Positions 49,358 through 59,601 of a DNA stretch of 64,000 bases are shown here, one piece after another. Source of the DNA: Zootoca vivipara (Eukaryota); contig NC_083276.1 in the NCBI RefSeq assembly GCF_963506605.1, positions 79,050,001 through 79,114,000 of the forward strand. The letters are read 5' to 3'. A program made the position numbers and the translations under genes. Below the pieces are notes generated by a model, which saw only the letters and a list, made by a program, of their open reading frames with translations, made no database searches and was not told where the DNA came from. The number at the start of each line of letters is the position of its first letter. Position 1 is the first letter of the stretch.

Positions 49358-50081
49358 GCCCATGAAATGCATTTGGGGTAGTGTCAGGGACTGGACCAAG
49401 AAGAGGAGGACAGTATAGATTTAGAACAGTGGTTTGCAGAAGGTCATAGTTCAGAGGCTACAGAGGGGAAAAGCTGGGAAATATTGGGAGAGGAGCAGGA
49501 AGAAGAAGCACCAGGGGAGAGACAGCCGACAGACTCAGTGTCTTTAGACAGCATTCCTGACCCCTCCTTTCCCAGGACCCAGTGTGCATTGAGAGTAGGA
49601 GACCAGAAAGCACAGAGGCAGAAAGCACAGATCAGCCGTCGCAGGGATGACATAGAATAGGAGAGGGGATGGGACTTTACTCGGAGCAATGCCATTATCT
49701 GAGAGGCGTCATCCTCTCTCTGTGTGTGTGTGACTATTGAATAAAATACCATGGTAAGAACTTCTTGTTTTCCCATTTCTGACTGCCAGCCGGGAGGGTG
49801 GGGGATCGGATTCACCTGAAGCCTGACAGGTAGGCAACTTTATACTGCTACTGAAAACTAATTTGAGCAGCAGGATAACAATGACTTACACATTTTATGT
49901 ATTTAAGGAAAACTGATTAGTATGAAATTGTCCAGTATGAAACTCTTTCCTATGGAGGCATCCATACTTACCCCAAAAGGCCCATTGAGATGAAAATGTC
50001 TTGTTATAATGGGCTAAGCAACTCACCTGAATAACAGCAAACCAACAGAGTGCCCAGGAGAAATACAGTTGTCAGCTTCAT
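40462..50081 (-). CDS. Secretoglobin-like protein, cluster gene 6 (97 aa, most mammal-like); exons 50081-50027, 42260-42070, 40509-40462
   Basis: TATA ~50158-50168; exons 55/191/48 nt; AATAAA 40251-40256 on -. Translation: MKLTTVFLLGTLLVCCYS-ATAIKTCPLLVDTLTNYLFASHDDYMKAIDRFATTEEMKEAASVLKQCAVGLPESVRMAKSQVL-LNILHECEKPQLLQN*. The CP...L...Y...F...LKQC pattern matches SCGB1-type chains. Confidence 0.88.
41249..41572 (+). mobile_element. BovB LINE 3' fragment in intron 2 of gene 6
   Basis: Encodes ...LQYFGHLMRREDSLEKTLMLGKMEG...; a smaller fragment lies at ~40608-40688. Confidence 0.88.
42541..42916 (+). repeat. 5' LTR
   Basis: TG...CA ends; repeated CTGATTGG/CCAATCAG CCAAT modules, TATATAA, AATAAA. 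Confidence 0.95.
43045..47115 (+). CDS. Gypsy gag-pol polyprotein (1356 aa)
   Basis: Two zinc knuckles (CASCGENHERRTC, CRQCRKLGHIARVC), protease LDTGS, RT (DLAQAYQQL...FFDD), RNase H (CDAS...TDHKPL), integrase HHCC plus DFAGP/SDNG/NGQAER, in PR-RT-RH-IN order with no frameshift. Confidence 0.97.
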   Translation: MATDSSFSPFKPASGDWEGYAARFNFLLQAKEVTNDAMKRATFFSVCGEETFEIARALLAPRDVATVSYKTIMERLKEHFSPQPSVVACRNAFYAKRQAPGETITGFVTSLRQAARLCNFSELENMLRDRLVGGLRDEMLQRRLYAKKDLTFQIALEEALATEAAERSTQEARPAPPSQPRVYHEDLTDESESDREEVHRVQRRTQAAHTPQQPRREGGNCASCGENHERRTCRFRNAECRQCRKLGHIARVCRARLTRRQASDDRPRSPRAHGTMHQGNSTEITGYQVFQLPHPSTEKIYIEVQIEGAPCRMELDTGSTLSIISARTLRELCPNGGPKLRPAPFTLRDFQKRKVPTMGVGTFRVQYRGRKQQLDLLVVKGPYVSLLGLAWFGPLGLAVTGVNRTSLQVDVDAICKEFPGVFDGALGRYTGPPIALQLDPVVRPIRHKARRVPFALKPRIDEELDRLVEQGVLEPVPNAPWETPIVTPVKPNGSVRICADYKCTINKALTAHAYPVPVVSHVLATLAGSKIFGKLDLAQAYQQLPVDEATAEAQTIVTHRGAFRVKRLQFGVSVAPGIFQNLMDSLLKGIPGVTPFFDDVLIAGPTPEEFEDRLRSVLHRFQTAGLKVKREKCLLGVPQVDFLGFKVDAEGVHPTGDKVRAICEAPAPKSKPELQSFLGLLNFYHAFLPHKAAVAEPLHRLLDKRAPWVWGQRQRAAFQAVKDLLVSNSVLAHFDERLPVVLACDASPYGIGAVLGHQLPDGREVPVAYFSQTLAAAERNYSQIDKEGLAIVKGVKKFHDFLYGRPFTIVTDHKPLLGLFAPEKQTPQVLSPRVLRWSIFLAGYQYALIHRPGKAMGHADALSRLPLPETGPDPAPAQEVMTLELLPDRPIQAQEVAHHSTKDRVISRVLDWVWRGWPSSSPGPEFAGYTNRKHELSAHKGCLLWGSRVVVPQPLRKRVLTALHETHPGVVRMKALARSYVWWPGIDREIEAWVQHCQTCQESRPDPPRAPVQPWESARHPWSRLHVDFAGPFQGKTFFIVVDSYTKWLEVALVPSTSTAAAIRVLRKLFATHGLPDTLVSDNGTAFTSEEFQTFTAQNAIRHIRSAPFHPATNGQAERMVRTTKDSLRRITQGDWEYRLAAFLLAQHSTPSTTTGRSPAELLMGRRLATRLDRLHPDRAQDEVVVGNGRNPRTFVAQDPVYAKNFGAGPAWVPATVTKVTGPVSYEVLTEGGQCWRRHCDQLRRRFPGGTREESGTEGSQGDSRAVRPVEREGWAGEAEAVGTEGHPEAGRTPEPESQPSGSVAPDQTAPAQPAALEHEPEPEPLTKEHPRPQRTRRRPADLGDYECNFPGRTGT
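47126..47501 (+). repeat. 3' LTR
   Basis: Same sequence as the 5' LTR; preceded by the polypurine tract. Confidence 0.95.
48097..48527 (+). mobile_element. BovB LINE 3' fragment in intron 1 of gene 6
   Basis: VVMYGSESWTIKKADRRRIDAFELWCWRRLLRVPWT...; (CAA)n tail. Confidence 0.9.
49308..49354. repeat. (GA)n microsatellite
   Basis: Read directly. Confidence 0.95.
49382..49828 (+). mobile_element. Solo LTR of a second LTR family, in intron 1 of gene 6
   Basis: TGTCAGG...CCTGACA termini, 5-bp TSD GGTAG on both sides, AATAAA at ~49740. Confidence 0.75.
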
Positions 50082-50567
50082 GGTGGAGATGGTTGTCTAT
50101 TGCGTACCAGATGGCAACAGGCAATGGACTTCCTTTGGAAAGTTAAGGACCAAGCTTAAATATATATAGGGGACTGCTGGTTTTCAACCCAGCTGAATTT
50201 GTGCCAAATTACAGAAATAAATTCTTCAGAAATGTAATTCAAGTCATCTTTGCTTATGAAGTAGGTTTCCCGAGCAGGGGTGAGGGGAAAGTACAACTAT
50301 CGCTCTTTGATCTTGTTCCCGTGAGAAGGAAGTGGCTCATAGAAACCACTTGTTCCTGCTATGCACAAATGCAAAACAATAAAGGATATTTTGCAAACTG
50401 GAGAAGTGAAGCGTGTTGTTTCAAGAAGAATGAATTATGTAAGATCACATTAAAATGTAAAAGGAACTGAAAAGATTATTAGTGCCAAAGACGTTCATGC
50501 CCAGTTCAGGTATGACCAATAACACAGAAACAAGCCTTAGTCTCTGTTTTAGATAAAATTTGTCAGT

Positions 50568-50825
50568 TGTTGTTTAGTCGTTTAGTCGTTTAGTCGTGTC
50601 CGACTCTTCGTGACCCCATGGACCATAGCACGCCAGGCACTCCTGTTTTCCACTGCAGCTCCAGGCACTCCTGTTTTCCTCCCGCAGTTTGGTCAAACTC
50701 ATGTTCATAGCTTTGAGAACACTGTCCAACCATCTTGTCCTCTGTCGTCCCCTTCTCCTAGTGCCCTCAATCTTTCCCAACATCAGGGTCTTTTCCAGGG
50801 AGTCTTCTCTTCTCATGAGGTGACC
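50568..50825 (-). mobile_element. BovB LINE 3' fragment upstream of gene 6
   Basis: Reverse-complement BovB tail; TSD AAATTTGTCAGT (50556-50567, 50826-50837). Confidence 0.87.
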
Positions 50826-53800
50826 AAATTTGTCAGTAGTAACAGCTAAAACAACAAAACTGGTTTGGGCAATTTTGGAGATGCAGGTGACTTTCTATTA
50901 AATATATAAAAACCTTAAATTGTGGTTTTATCCATTAAAAGAATAACCCGGGGACAGACTCCAGCACTCACTTTTGAATCAGCCCAAATGGTGAGCATTG
51001 CAGGATACAATGATCACAGCTGTTAGGTCAAGCGAATCTGTCAATAAAGCTTTGGGTTATAAATTGACATTTCTGGTTTTGTCAAACTCAAATTTCTTCA
51101 TTTGAAAGGTTATGTTGTTCTTAACAGGAATTTGACCAGTTCATTTCTAACCAATAATTCATGCTTTCAGTAATTATGAAATTAATAGTGTTCTAGTGGA
51201 CCACTGCCCACCATTAAAGGGAAACTAAGATGACTTGAAACAAATAATTTATTGGCACTTGTTCAGTGCTAATTCCTAATGGTATAAGCGCTTAGCACTT
51301 AGTGACGGTGTTGGCAGCAAAATGACCTGCCCTTTTAACATTTGGTTTTGACTTCCCGCCAAATCGTAAACAGTCTTTGTTCAGTAACTTTCTGCAACAT
51401 TTATCTTCTTATTTTAACAAATATTGACAGGGAAATCTACTGAAATGAACAGTGGAGTAAACTTTCCCCTCTATAATGCAACAGTATCCACCTGTGAATT
51501 ACCAGTAGGAAGTATGCAGAAAAGATTTTATGGTCTGGTTCATGTGCTTACCCAGCCCACTCTTCCCTCAAGCAAAGAGGACTGATGGGCTGAGTAAATA
51601 TATGAACTGGCCTCAAATGAACTGACAGGAGTCACCCAATGCTGTGCTCATGGGTAACTGGGGACCCACAAAGGCCTTCATTGGTGGCCCCAAGCAGGGG
51701 CCTCAGACTCAGAGCTTTCAGTAAAAGTGTGTGGGGCAGTTTTACTTTTGCTGATAAGGTGCCAGAAGAGAACCAGCTGTTCTGGGCTGAAAATAACTGG
51801 CATGCCTCCCATCCTTCTAGGAGGCTTGCAATATTCCTCTGATTTCAGGCAAAACTGCAGGCATGTCTGAATGGAAGAGGGAAATCCTGTTGCGGGGCTG
51901 TGCTATTCCGCTCACTTCAGAGTTGTGAAATCTGAGAGGTCCCCTCTGCCCATTTTCTATAAATTTCTTTCTTTGCTGTTATTTAGGAGAGGAAAAGGAG
52001 TCATCAGTGGCTAGCCCAGGATGCTGCCTTGCCTTGGGTTTGCCATCAACCTCCCGTGTGTGTGGAGGAGCTGAAATCGAGACCACCCACCTGCAGAATA
52101 CAGTTCTCTGTGTCCATACTTGAGTGGCATGTGGTTTTACACACATGGCAGTCTAAAGTGGATTTGATGCGTTTTGTGTGTGCATGTTTTACATGTTGTA
52201 AACACAACATCCAGGTGGAAACCTGAAGTTTCAGCCTAATTCATTTGGATTTTCCCAATCCATTGATTGGGGGGGGGAATCCCTGTGCTGCACACATGGA
52301 GAGTGGAAAAAGAATCTTTCCATTTCTTTAGCCCCCCCCCCCCAGCTCCTTTTTTGCCTAGGAAAGCTCTCCTGGCACCAGCAGCAGGACTTGCCTGATG
52401 ATGTAAAGAGTGAAGCAGTTAACAGCCAGAAAATAACAGAGCTGGAAGAATTTAGTGGCTCTTGAAACTTACTTTTTTATGCAAAAGTGGTAAATAAAGA
52501 AGCAATTATTATTATTTAATGAACAGTTGGCTCTCTGTGGGACATTTTTGAAAGGTTTGCTTTGGTAAGATGTGTTGCTGTGCAACTTCACAGACAAAAC
52601 ACATGCATCTGTGCGCATGCCCACAGTTCCTGGAACTTTCAGAAGGCAAGAGAGTAATAATTGAGGAGACAACAGGCACAGTGGGAACACATTCCATTAA
52701 ACAATTGCTAAGTCGAAGAAGTAATATTCACCAAATAGAGAAGTATTTTCTTTTTACTGAAACTGAGCACACACTGAAACAATGCTAAACAAGATACCCA
52801 TTCCCTTTTATATCAGTCAGACAGCATTTAGGGCAGTTCATAAAACAGGAAAGATTTGGGTTTAACTGTTTTGCAACAATCAAGTATGATGTAAATGTTC
52901 CCGAGTTCCTCTTCTAAGGTAGGAATCTCATCTGAACACTCAGAACAGACAAAAGTGAATCCAAGGCATAGCCAGATTTCTTACTCACAGCATTATCCTT
53001 GCTGACTAATGGTAAGTACATAATTTTCTTTATTTTCTTCCAGTATTCGTCAGTTTTAATCGTAGTGTTGATGAAAGGCCCCAACTGTGATCTATGAAGT
53101 TTGCTATTCGGAAACTTCTTCATAAGCTCCTTAAGAATGAGCTGGACCTATAGCTTAATTCCCATATATTTCAATGGGGCTTTTGCATATGAAGTCCTAA
53201 CTCTGGTGAAAAGTTTTGCTGTTGTTTTGTTTTTAAATGGAACATTCAATCCTGAATGGGATTGAACACTGAACACTGATAAATGCCTATAGATTTAGAT
53301 TTACAGATGCTCAAGGTTAAGTATTAGAGTTAAGTATCAATAAATATTCTATTGCCTCACATTGTCATTAGTTTTTGTCTAGGTGAGACATTTTCTGGAA
53401 AAGTAAAGAACACAGATATAGTAGGCAAAATGGAAACTTGGTGGAAGGAAGAGTATCATTGGGACATGGTTATCTCTCTAAAGATAAACTCCACAGGAGG
53501 GACTGGAAAGGGCGTACTGGGAGTGGTTTCACAATGTAGGTCAAAGACAACATAGAATCCACCATGTTAGAAATCCCAAAAGGGGCAGATTCCCCCATGG
53601 AATCCTTGTGGGTGTTGATAACAGGCCACAAGAGTAATTTAGGACTGGGGGTCTACTATTGTCTGCCTGTCCAAAATCCCAAGGGTGATTGTGAGATAGA
53701 GAATGAAATTAGGGAGGCATCTAAAGGAGCAAGTGCTGTAGGCAGTGCTTTTTCTGGGGGTACGCAGGGGTATGCACACCGCTAAACATTTTGTGAATCT

Positions 53801-55419
53801 AAGTTTGGCCTCACTGAGGGGCAGTATTTCAATATGAGTAGGAAAATGAGAGTACCCCTAAACATTTTTTTCGGGGGGGGGAAGCACTGGCTGTAGGAAT
53901 GGAACCACCTGGCATGAACAAAGACATTGGATTCTTATCTCTTTATGCATGATCAAGCTTTCTTTAGCCTCAGCCCTTGCTTTCCCCCCGCAGGACCTAT
54001 TGCAGTCATCAGCAGTCGTTAACAGCCATCAACAGGTTTACCACTCCTACAGCCCATCACCCATTCCCATCACCCCCACCCCACCCTCTCACTGTATATA
54101 AGAGTCTGGTTGCTTCTGTTTCAAGTGTATCTGACGAAGTGTGCATGCACATGAAAGCTCATACCAAAATAAAAACTTAGTTGGTCTTTAAGGTGCTACT
54201 GAAGGAATTTTTTTATTTTGTAGGAATGGGTTACTTCAGTTACTCTCACACAGACTGGGCAGGTGTGGGTTCCAGTAATGAGAAAGATATAACATTTCTA
54301 GATATCCTAAATGACCAGTGGTTCCCAATTAGCTAAGTTCTGCCCCCCCCTGCATTTTTCAAAAGCCAAACCATGGACCCCTTTTGAGAATTTTGATATC
54401 TCTGTGGTAGCTTTTGTTATGTGGATGGTGCCACAGACCCCTTGGGTGGGTTACGCAATTGGGAACCACTGCCCTAGACAATGGGCCATGAAACTGGCCA
54501 GAGGGGCAATGACTCTGGGCCCCAGTGGGGTAGTACCCAGGACCTGATGCAAGACGTAAGTGTAACTGAACCAATTACTGGACAATTGCTGAGGAAGTTG
54601 AAAGGCAAAGTGGGTCAAATCTCTCCAGAATACTTGGGAGCAGTGCTTTTCTTCTAGAAGAAAAGTTGCAGGTACTCATCATGTACAGGTAGTTGTTAGA
54701 GTAAGTCCCACACTTTTAAACAGGCCCTGGACCTCTGTGCTGCCCTGACAGTACCACTGTCAGATGCCCCATCTTGAGTGAGTGGGACTTACAGATATGG
54801 TGCAGATACGGTGAAAGTAGGCACTGAGCACCTCAGTCATCTTAATGTTATTTATAGTACCTAGCTCACTTTCCCATTGAGTTATGAGCCGCCCTACAGT
54901 GTTCTACAATGTTCTCATTATGTTTCGTATACTTAACAGACATGGCTCTTTATTTTAATGTTTCCATTGTTTAATTATACTTTGGTTTCAGCAGGGGGTT
55001 GTTGCTTGTCTGGTTTTTGTCTCTGTGTTGCGGACTTGTGGGCAGCAGGTTGGAGGCCACTGGGGAGTGAGGAAGGGGGTGGGTGGGAAGTATAAATGCA
55101 GTAAAGAAAGAAAGAAAGAAAATTAGGATTGAAATGGGCAGTCCAGGAGCACCTCTTGATTAATGCCAATTGTCCAAATTATAGAGGAACCAACCGCAAG
55201 CCATGCCAGAGAGGGAGGTTCATCCATGGCAGGGACACACTCCCAGGTCGCACCCGCTCTGCCTTTCAAGTTGGCAGACACGGGCCTGTGCAGCACAGCA
55301 GGATGCAGCGAGCTCCCCAGACCCCACTGGGGAACATTGCCAGGACTTTTACCTCATAAATCCTGGCTTTCCCCTGCCTGAACCTCTTCACAGCCCATGG
55401 AAGGCTACGAGGAGCGACC

Positions 55420-55534
55420 ACCATTGACTCGTGACGTGAACTGAAACCGCTGAGGCCATTACTGACGTCAGCTGGCTGTGTCCTCAGCTCCCTGGCTCTC
55501 TGGTGGCCACAACCACCGCTACTGCTTGAAGACT
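55420..55534 (+). promoter_or_regulatory. Putative NLRP promoter and non-coding first exon
   Basis: Perfect CRE TGACGTCA at 55463-55470, TGACGTGA, IRF-like GAACTGAAAC ~55438, local CpG enrichment, donor CT|GTAAGC at 55535. Confidence 0.45.
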
Positions 55535-56080
55535 GTAAGCAGTTTTTCTTGCATCACTGTCCTGCTGATGTTCTTAGTTAAAATATCTTTCTTTAAATTT
55601 CCTGTTTCTATTCTATTTTTAAACATTTTTTAAAAACCACAGTGTGTCAGAGTTGGGTAGAGCCTTCAGAGTAGCCCCTTTCACTTCCTTGCAGTGTTTA
55701 ATGCATTTTCAAACACCATAATCCTCATTAGTTGTAGTAGTACCGGTAGTAGCGTTCAAGGCATAGGTATGCAACTTTGGAGCAGTTTGTGAGCACTGCA
55801 TTTTATAAACGAATTCATATTAAAATAAACATTCAAAAATAAAAACTCTGATGTATACAAGTATACATGCACACATTAGTATAGAGTGAGTTCCCCCAAC
55901 CTGAGAGTGCAGCACTATTGCCATAGTCAAGCGGCCTGGATATGCAGCCATTTATTTTCCTTTCTGTAGGCAACTAATCCCATCCACCATGTTTATTTTA
56001 GATTTCCTTTTTAAATTATGTTAGTAAAGTGGTACTTTGCTCCTTCTTTATATTTCACTTTAGTTCTTTGATGCTTAACG

Positions 56081-56366
56081 ATGGGAAACAAAAGCAGCCG
56101 AATCAGTGACCTGCTCTTACTTGTGCTCGGTGATCTTTCTCAGGAAGACTTCAAAAGATTTAAAGACAAGCTCTCCTATTCAGACCTTGAAGGAAAGCGT
56201 TCCATAATTCCCCGAAGTCGGCTAGAGAACGCGGACAGGGTAGATACCAAGAATCTCCTGCTCAAGTGTTATGGTGGAGATGATGCAATAGATGTAACCA
56301 TACAAGTGCTCTCGGAGATTAATCAAAAACAGTCTGCTGCTAAACTCAGAAAAGAGAAAGAGAAAG
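56081..56366 (+). CDS. NLRP pyrin (PYD) domain exon
   Basis: MGNKSSRISDLLLLVLGDLSQEDFKRFKDKL...IPRSRLENADRVDTKNLLLKCYGGDDAIDVTIQVLSEINQKQSAAKL is a pyrin-domain signature; acceptor at 56063, phase-1 donor AG|GTAAG at 56367. Confidence 0.92.
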
Positions 56367-56857
56367 GTAAGGGACTCTGAGAAAACATGCGACTCATTTC
56401 CCTCCATGCATCTCCAGCTGGAACAAAAAGCAGCCGTGAACAAGCTGTACTTAACACAGGCGATCCAACTAGCTCCACTTACCACTTCTGTCCAGGGTGT
56501 AAGTGTCTTCTAGAAAAGAGTTATGAAATGATTATGTACAAAGAGTTTGCACTTAGAGTCTGGCAAACTTGCTCAGAATTATCTACTACTGCACATGGTT
56601 GCAACATTGAATTTATATGTGGGAAACTCAGTTGGACTCAACTATTACATTTACCAGATAGCTTTGGAGAAGTTATCATCTTTTAGCCTAAGCTGGTTCC
56701 AGATGCTTGAAGAAAGATTGATTTCAAGCTCAATGCATTTTAGAATAATCCTTCTTTGGGCCACCAAAGAAGTATATGTATATGTAAATAATATACATGT
56801 GTCAAATGACGCCAAACTAAACAGGTATTCTAAGAACAATTTCAATTCTCCTTTCAG

Positions 56858-56899
56858 GTTTGGAGTCTGGTCAGAAAGCACTGGAGATATCATCAAAAG
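56858..56899 (+). CDS. Possible 42-nt NLRP linker exon (GLESGQKALEISSK)
   Basis: Pyrimidine tract plus CAG acceptor, AAG|GTAC donor, symmetrical phase 1, no stop. Confidence 0.5.
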
Positions 56900-57958
56900 G
56901 TACATAAAACCCACAGCAGTCCATTCTTCTTATTAAAGCCTTAGAAGTCTGGGTTTAACACCTTAGCAAATCTGATTCACTTGAAAGTATTTTGAGAGCG
57001 CTGCTGAATGCACATTATTTTGGGTGTTGGATCTGGGTGGTTGCTACTCCATTAAAGTGGTGAACATGGTCTTGTACTATATATATATACACAGGACAGC
57101 AGCACTCCTTTCTATGGAAATAATCTAGAGTCCTGTTTGCATATGGAGGGTAGAGTGCTGAGGCCTTCCTCCTGTGTACAAGCGGACCATAGAAATATAA
57201 GGGCAGGGCAGGCCTTCTCTGGACCAAATCAAAAGCCCACCTAGTCCAGCAGCCTATTTCAATAATGGGTCACACCCTGGCCACACCTACATGCAGCCTC
57301 TCAGGACTTGCCTAGCTGCCACTGCAATCCAGGTGAACAGGGCATCTAACCCCCCCAGCCCCCCTCTAGCCCCGTACAGAGACTCCAGCCACAGTGAGGT
57401 ATTAGGGCTAGAGTGGGGAATCTGTGGCCCTCCAGATGATGGATCACAATTCCCATCATCCCTGACAATTAGCTGTGCTGGCAACAGCATCAGGAAGGTA
57501 ATATGTTGGCAATTCCTTTGTTAGGGCTTGAGTGCTCAAATGTCTTGGATCTGAGTCCAGGATCTAGCCCAGCATCCATGGGCCTCAGTAGGGTCCCAAT
57601 TTGTTTTCTACCTGCCCCACACCTGACATCATACGTGATGTCAGGTGTGGGGCAGGCACAGATGCAGCTACAAAGGAATAATCAAGAACTTAATGTTCCC
57701 GAGTAGCTGACGTTATTCCTGAGTAGCTGATCAGTGATTACAGGGAGGCTCCTTGAAATCTGTTTTAATTCAAACCACTTAATCCAAAAGGAGCATTTTA
57801 CCTCTGTGGATGTCTGTGTCTGCAGAGGAGGGGGGAAAACTCCATTTGCAGGAAGCCCAAACCAAGATCAAAAGTCTACTCCTGGGAACTATATCATTAA
57901 ATGTCTCGTTTGCATTGTTTCATGTACTCTCCCCCAGTGCTTTCTTTCTTGTTATTAG

Positions 57959-59601
57959 ATTACAGGATTAAATACAGAGAATATGTATGGGAAGAATATC
58001 AAGTAATTCAAGACAAAAATGCCCTCCTTGGTCAATGGGTGAACCTAAACAGAAGGTACACCCATCTCTTGATCATTCAGAAACATTGCCTGCTGGAAGA
58101 GAAGCAGCATGAAATCATGTCCACAGGAAGGAAACATGCCAACATGATGGGCAAGCAAGCCAGTCCAGGTAGTGTTGCAGCTTTATTTGATGCTGATGAA
58201 AACAGAGTGAACCCTAGAACTGTTGTGCTCCAAGGGCCTGCTGGGATTGGAAAAACAATGACCGCGAGGAAGATTATGTTGGACTGGGCAGTTGGCAAAC
58301 TCTACCAAGGCAAGTTTGATTATGCATTCTACATAAACTGCAGAGAAATTAACTTGATGACTGAGCAGCATAGTCTGATAGATTTAATCTTTTGGAACTG
58401 TCCTGAGAGAAATGCTCCCCTGGAAGATATTTTTTCAAATCCAGAGAGGCTTCTGTTCATAATCGACGGTCTTGATGAACTGAAATTTCCCTTAGAATCC
58501 AATGGGGAACACCTGTGTTTTGATCCTAGTCAAAAGAAGCCGGTGAAAGTTGTACTGAGAAGTTTAGTCAAGAAAAGCATTCTTCCCAAATCATATTTAA
58601 TCATCACTACAAGGCCAATTGCTCTGGAGCAACTGCAGAAGTATCTGAAGTATCCCCGCCACATAGAGATCCTGGGGTTTTCTGAGAAGGACAGGGAAGA
58701 GTATTTCCACAAGTATTTTGGGAACGAGAGGCAAGGGGTACAAGCTTTTGGGGTTGTGAAAGCAAATGAGATGCTCTTCACCATGTGCTTTGTCGCCATT
58801 GTGTGTTGGATCATCTGCACTGTGATGAAGCAACAGATGGATAGAGGAGAAGATCTTGTGCAGACTTCAAAAACAACTACCTGTGTATACATGTTTTATT
58901 TAACTAGCTTACTCGGAGATCACAGTCCAGTGTTGGAAAGAGGTAAACAGAAACATTTCCAAAACCTTTGTCTCTTAGCCAGAGAAGGAGTCTTGACAAG
59001 GAAAATACTCTTTGAGGATGATGACCTCCAAAAACATGGCTTAAATGAGGCTGACATCCGGTCACTCTTCCTTCACAAGCAACTTTTCCAGCAAGATATT
59101 GATTGCCAATCTGCCTACAGCTTCATCCACTTAAGTTTCCAAGAGTTTTTTGCAGCCTTGTCCTACGTGCTAGAGGAAATACCAGAAATTGTCAATAAAT
59201 CAGATTGTTGTTATGAAGACGTGAGAAAGTTGCTAAAAGATTTTGGAGAGGGTGGAAATGAGTACTTAGTGTTGACAGTCCGCTTTCTGTTTGGTCTTTT
59301 AAATGAAAAAATGAGGAAAACCATAGAGAAAAGTTTAGGCTGTAAAATTTGTTCAGAAATAAAACAAGTGCTTTTGGACTGGATCGAAGCTGAGGTGGCA
59401 TCAAAGAGCTGTCAAAAGAAATCTGAGATATTCTGTTGCTTATATGAGATTCAAGAAGAAGAGTTTGTGGGAAGAGCAATGGATTGTATCCCCGAGATTA
59501 AGCTGTATGATAACTGCCTAGGGAACGCATTCAACTCTCTGGTTATTTCATTTTGCCTGAGACACTGTCGTAAAGGACAGTCCTTTCATCTAGGACAGTG
59601 A
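57959..59601 (+). CDS. NLRP FISNA-NACHT-HD1/WHD/HD2 exon, ending at a transposon-supplied TGA
   Basis: DYRIKYREYV (FISNA), Walker A GPAGIGKT, Walker B LLFIIDGLDEL, sensor ITTR, VCWIIC, FIHLSFQEFFAAL, FLFGLLN, CLYE; phase-1 acceptor TTAG ending 57958. Confidence 0.93.

Noticed and set aside
50930-51200. Possible fifth copy of the conserved block upstream of gene 6
   Set aside because: Only scattered motifs (ATGATCA, AGGTCA, ATTGACATTT); not alignable by eye.
52900-53020. Isolated strong donor G|GTAAGT at ~53012 as a possible seventh gene or upstream exon
   Set aside because: No signal-peptide exon or partner exons found.
57901-57958. ATG start of the 566-aa ORF (MSRLHCFMYSPPVLSFLLL)
   Set aside because: It is the intron's polypyrimidine tract; the exon starts at 57959 in phase with the PYD exon.
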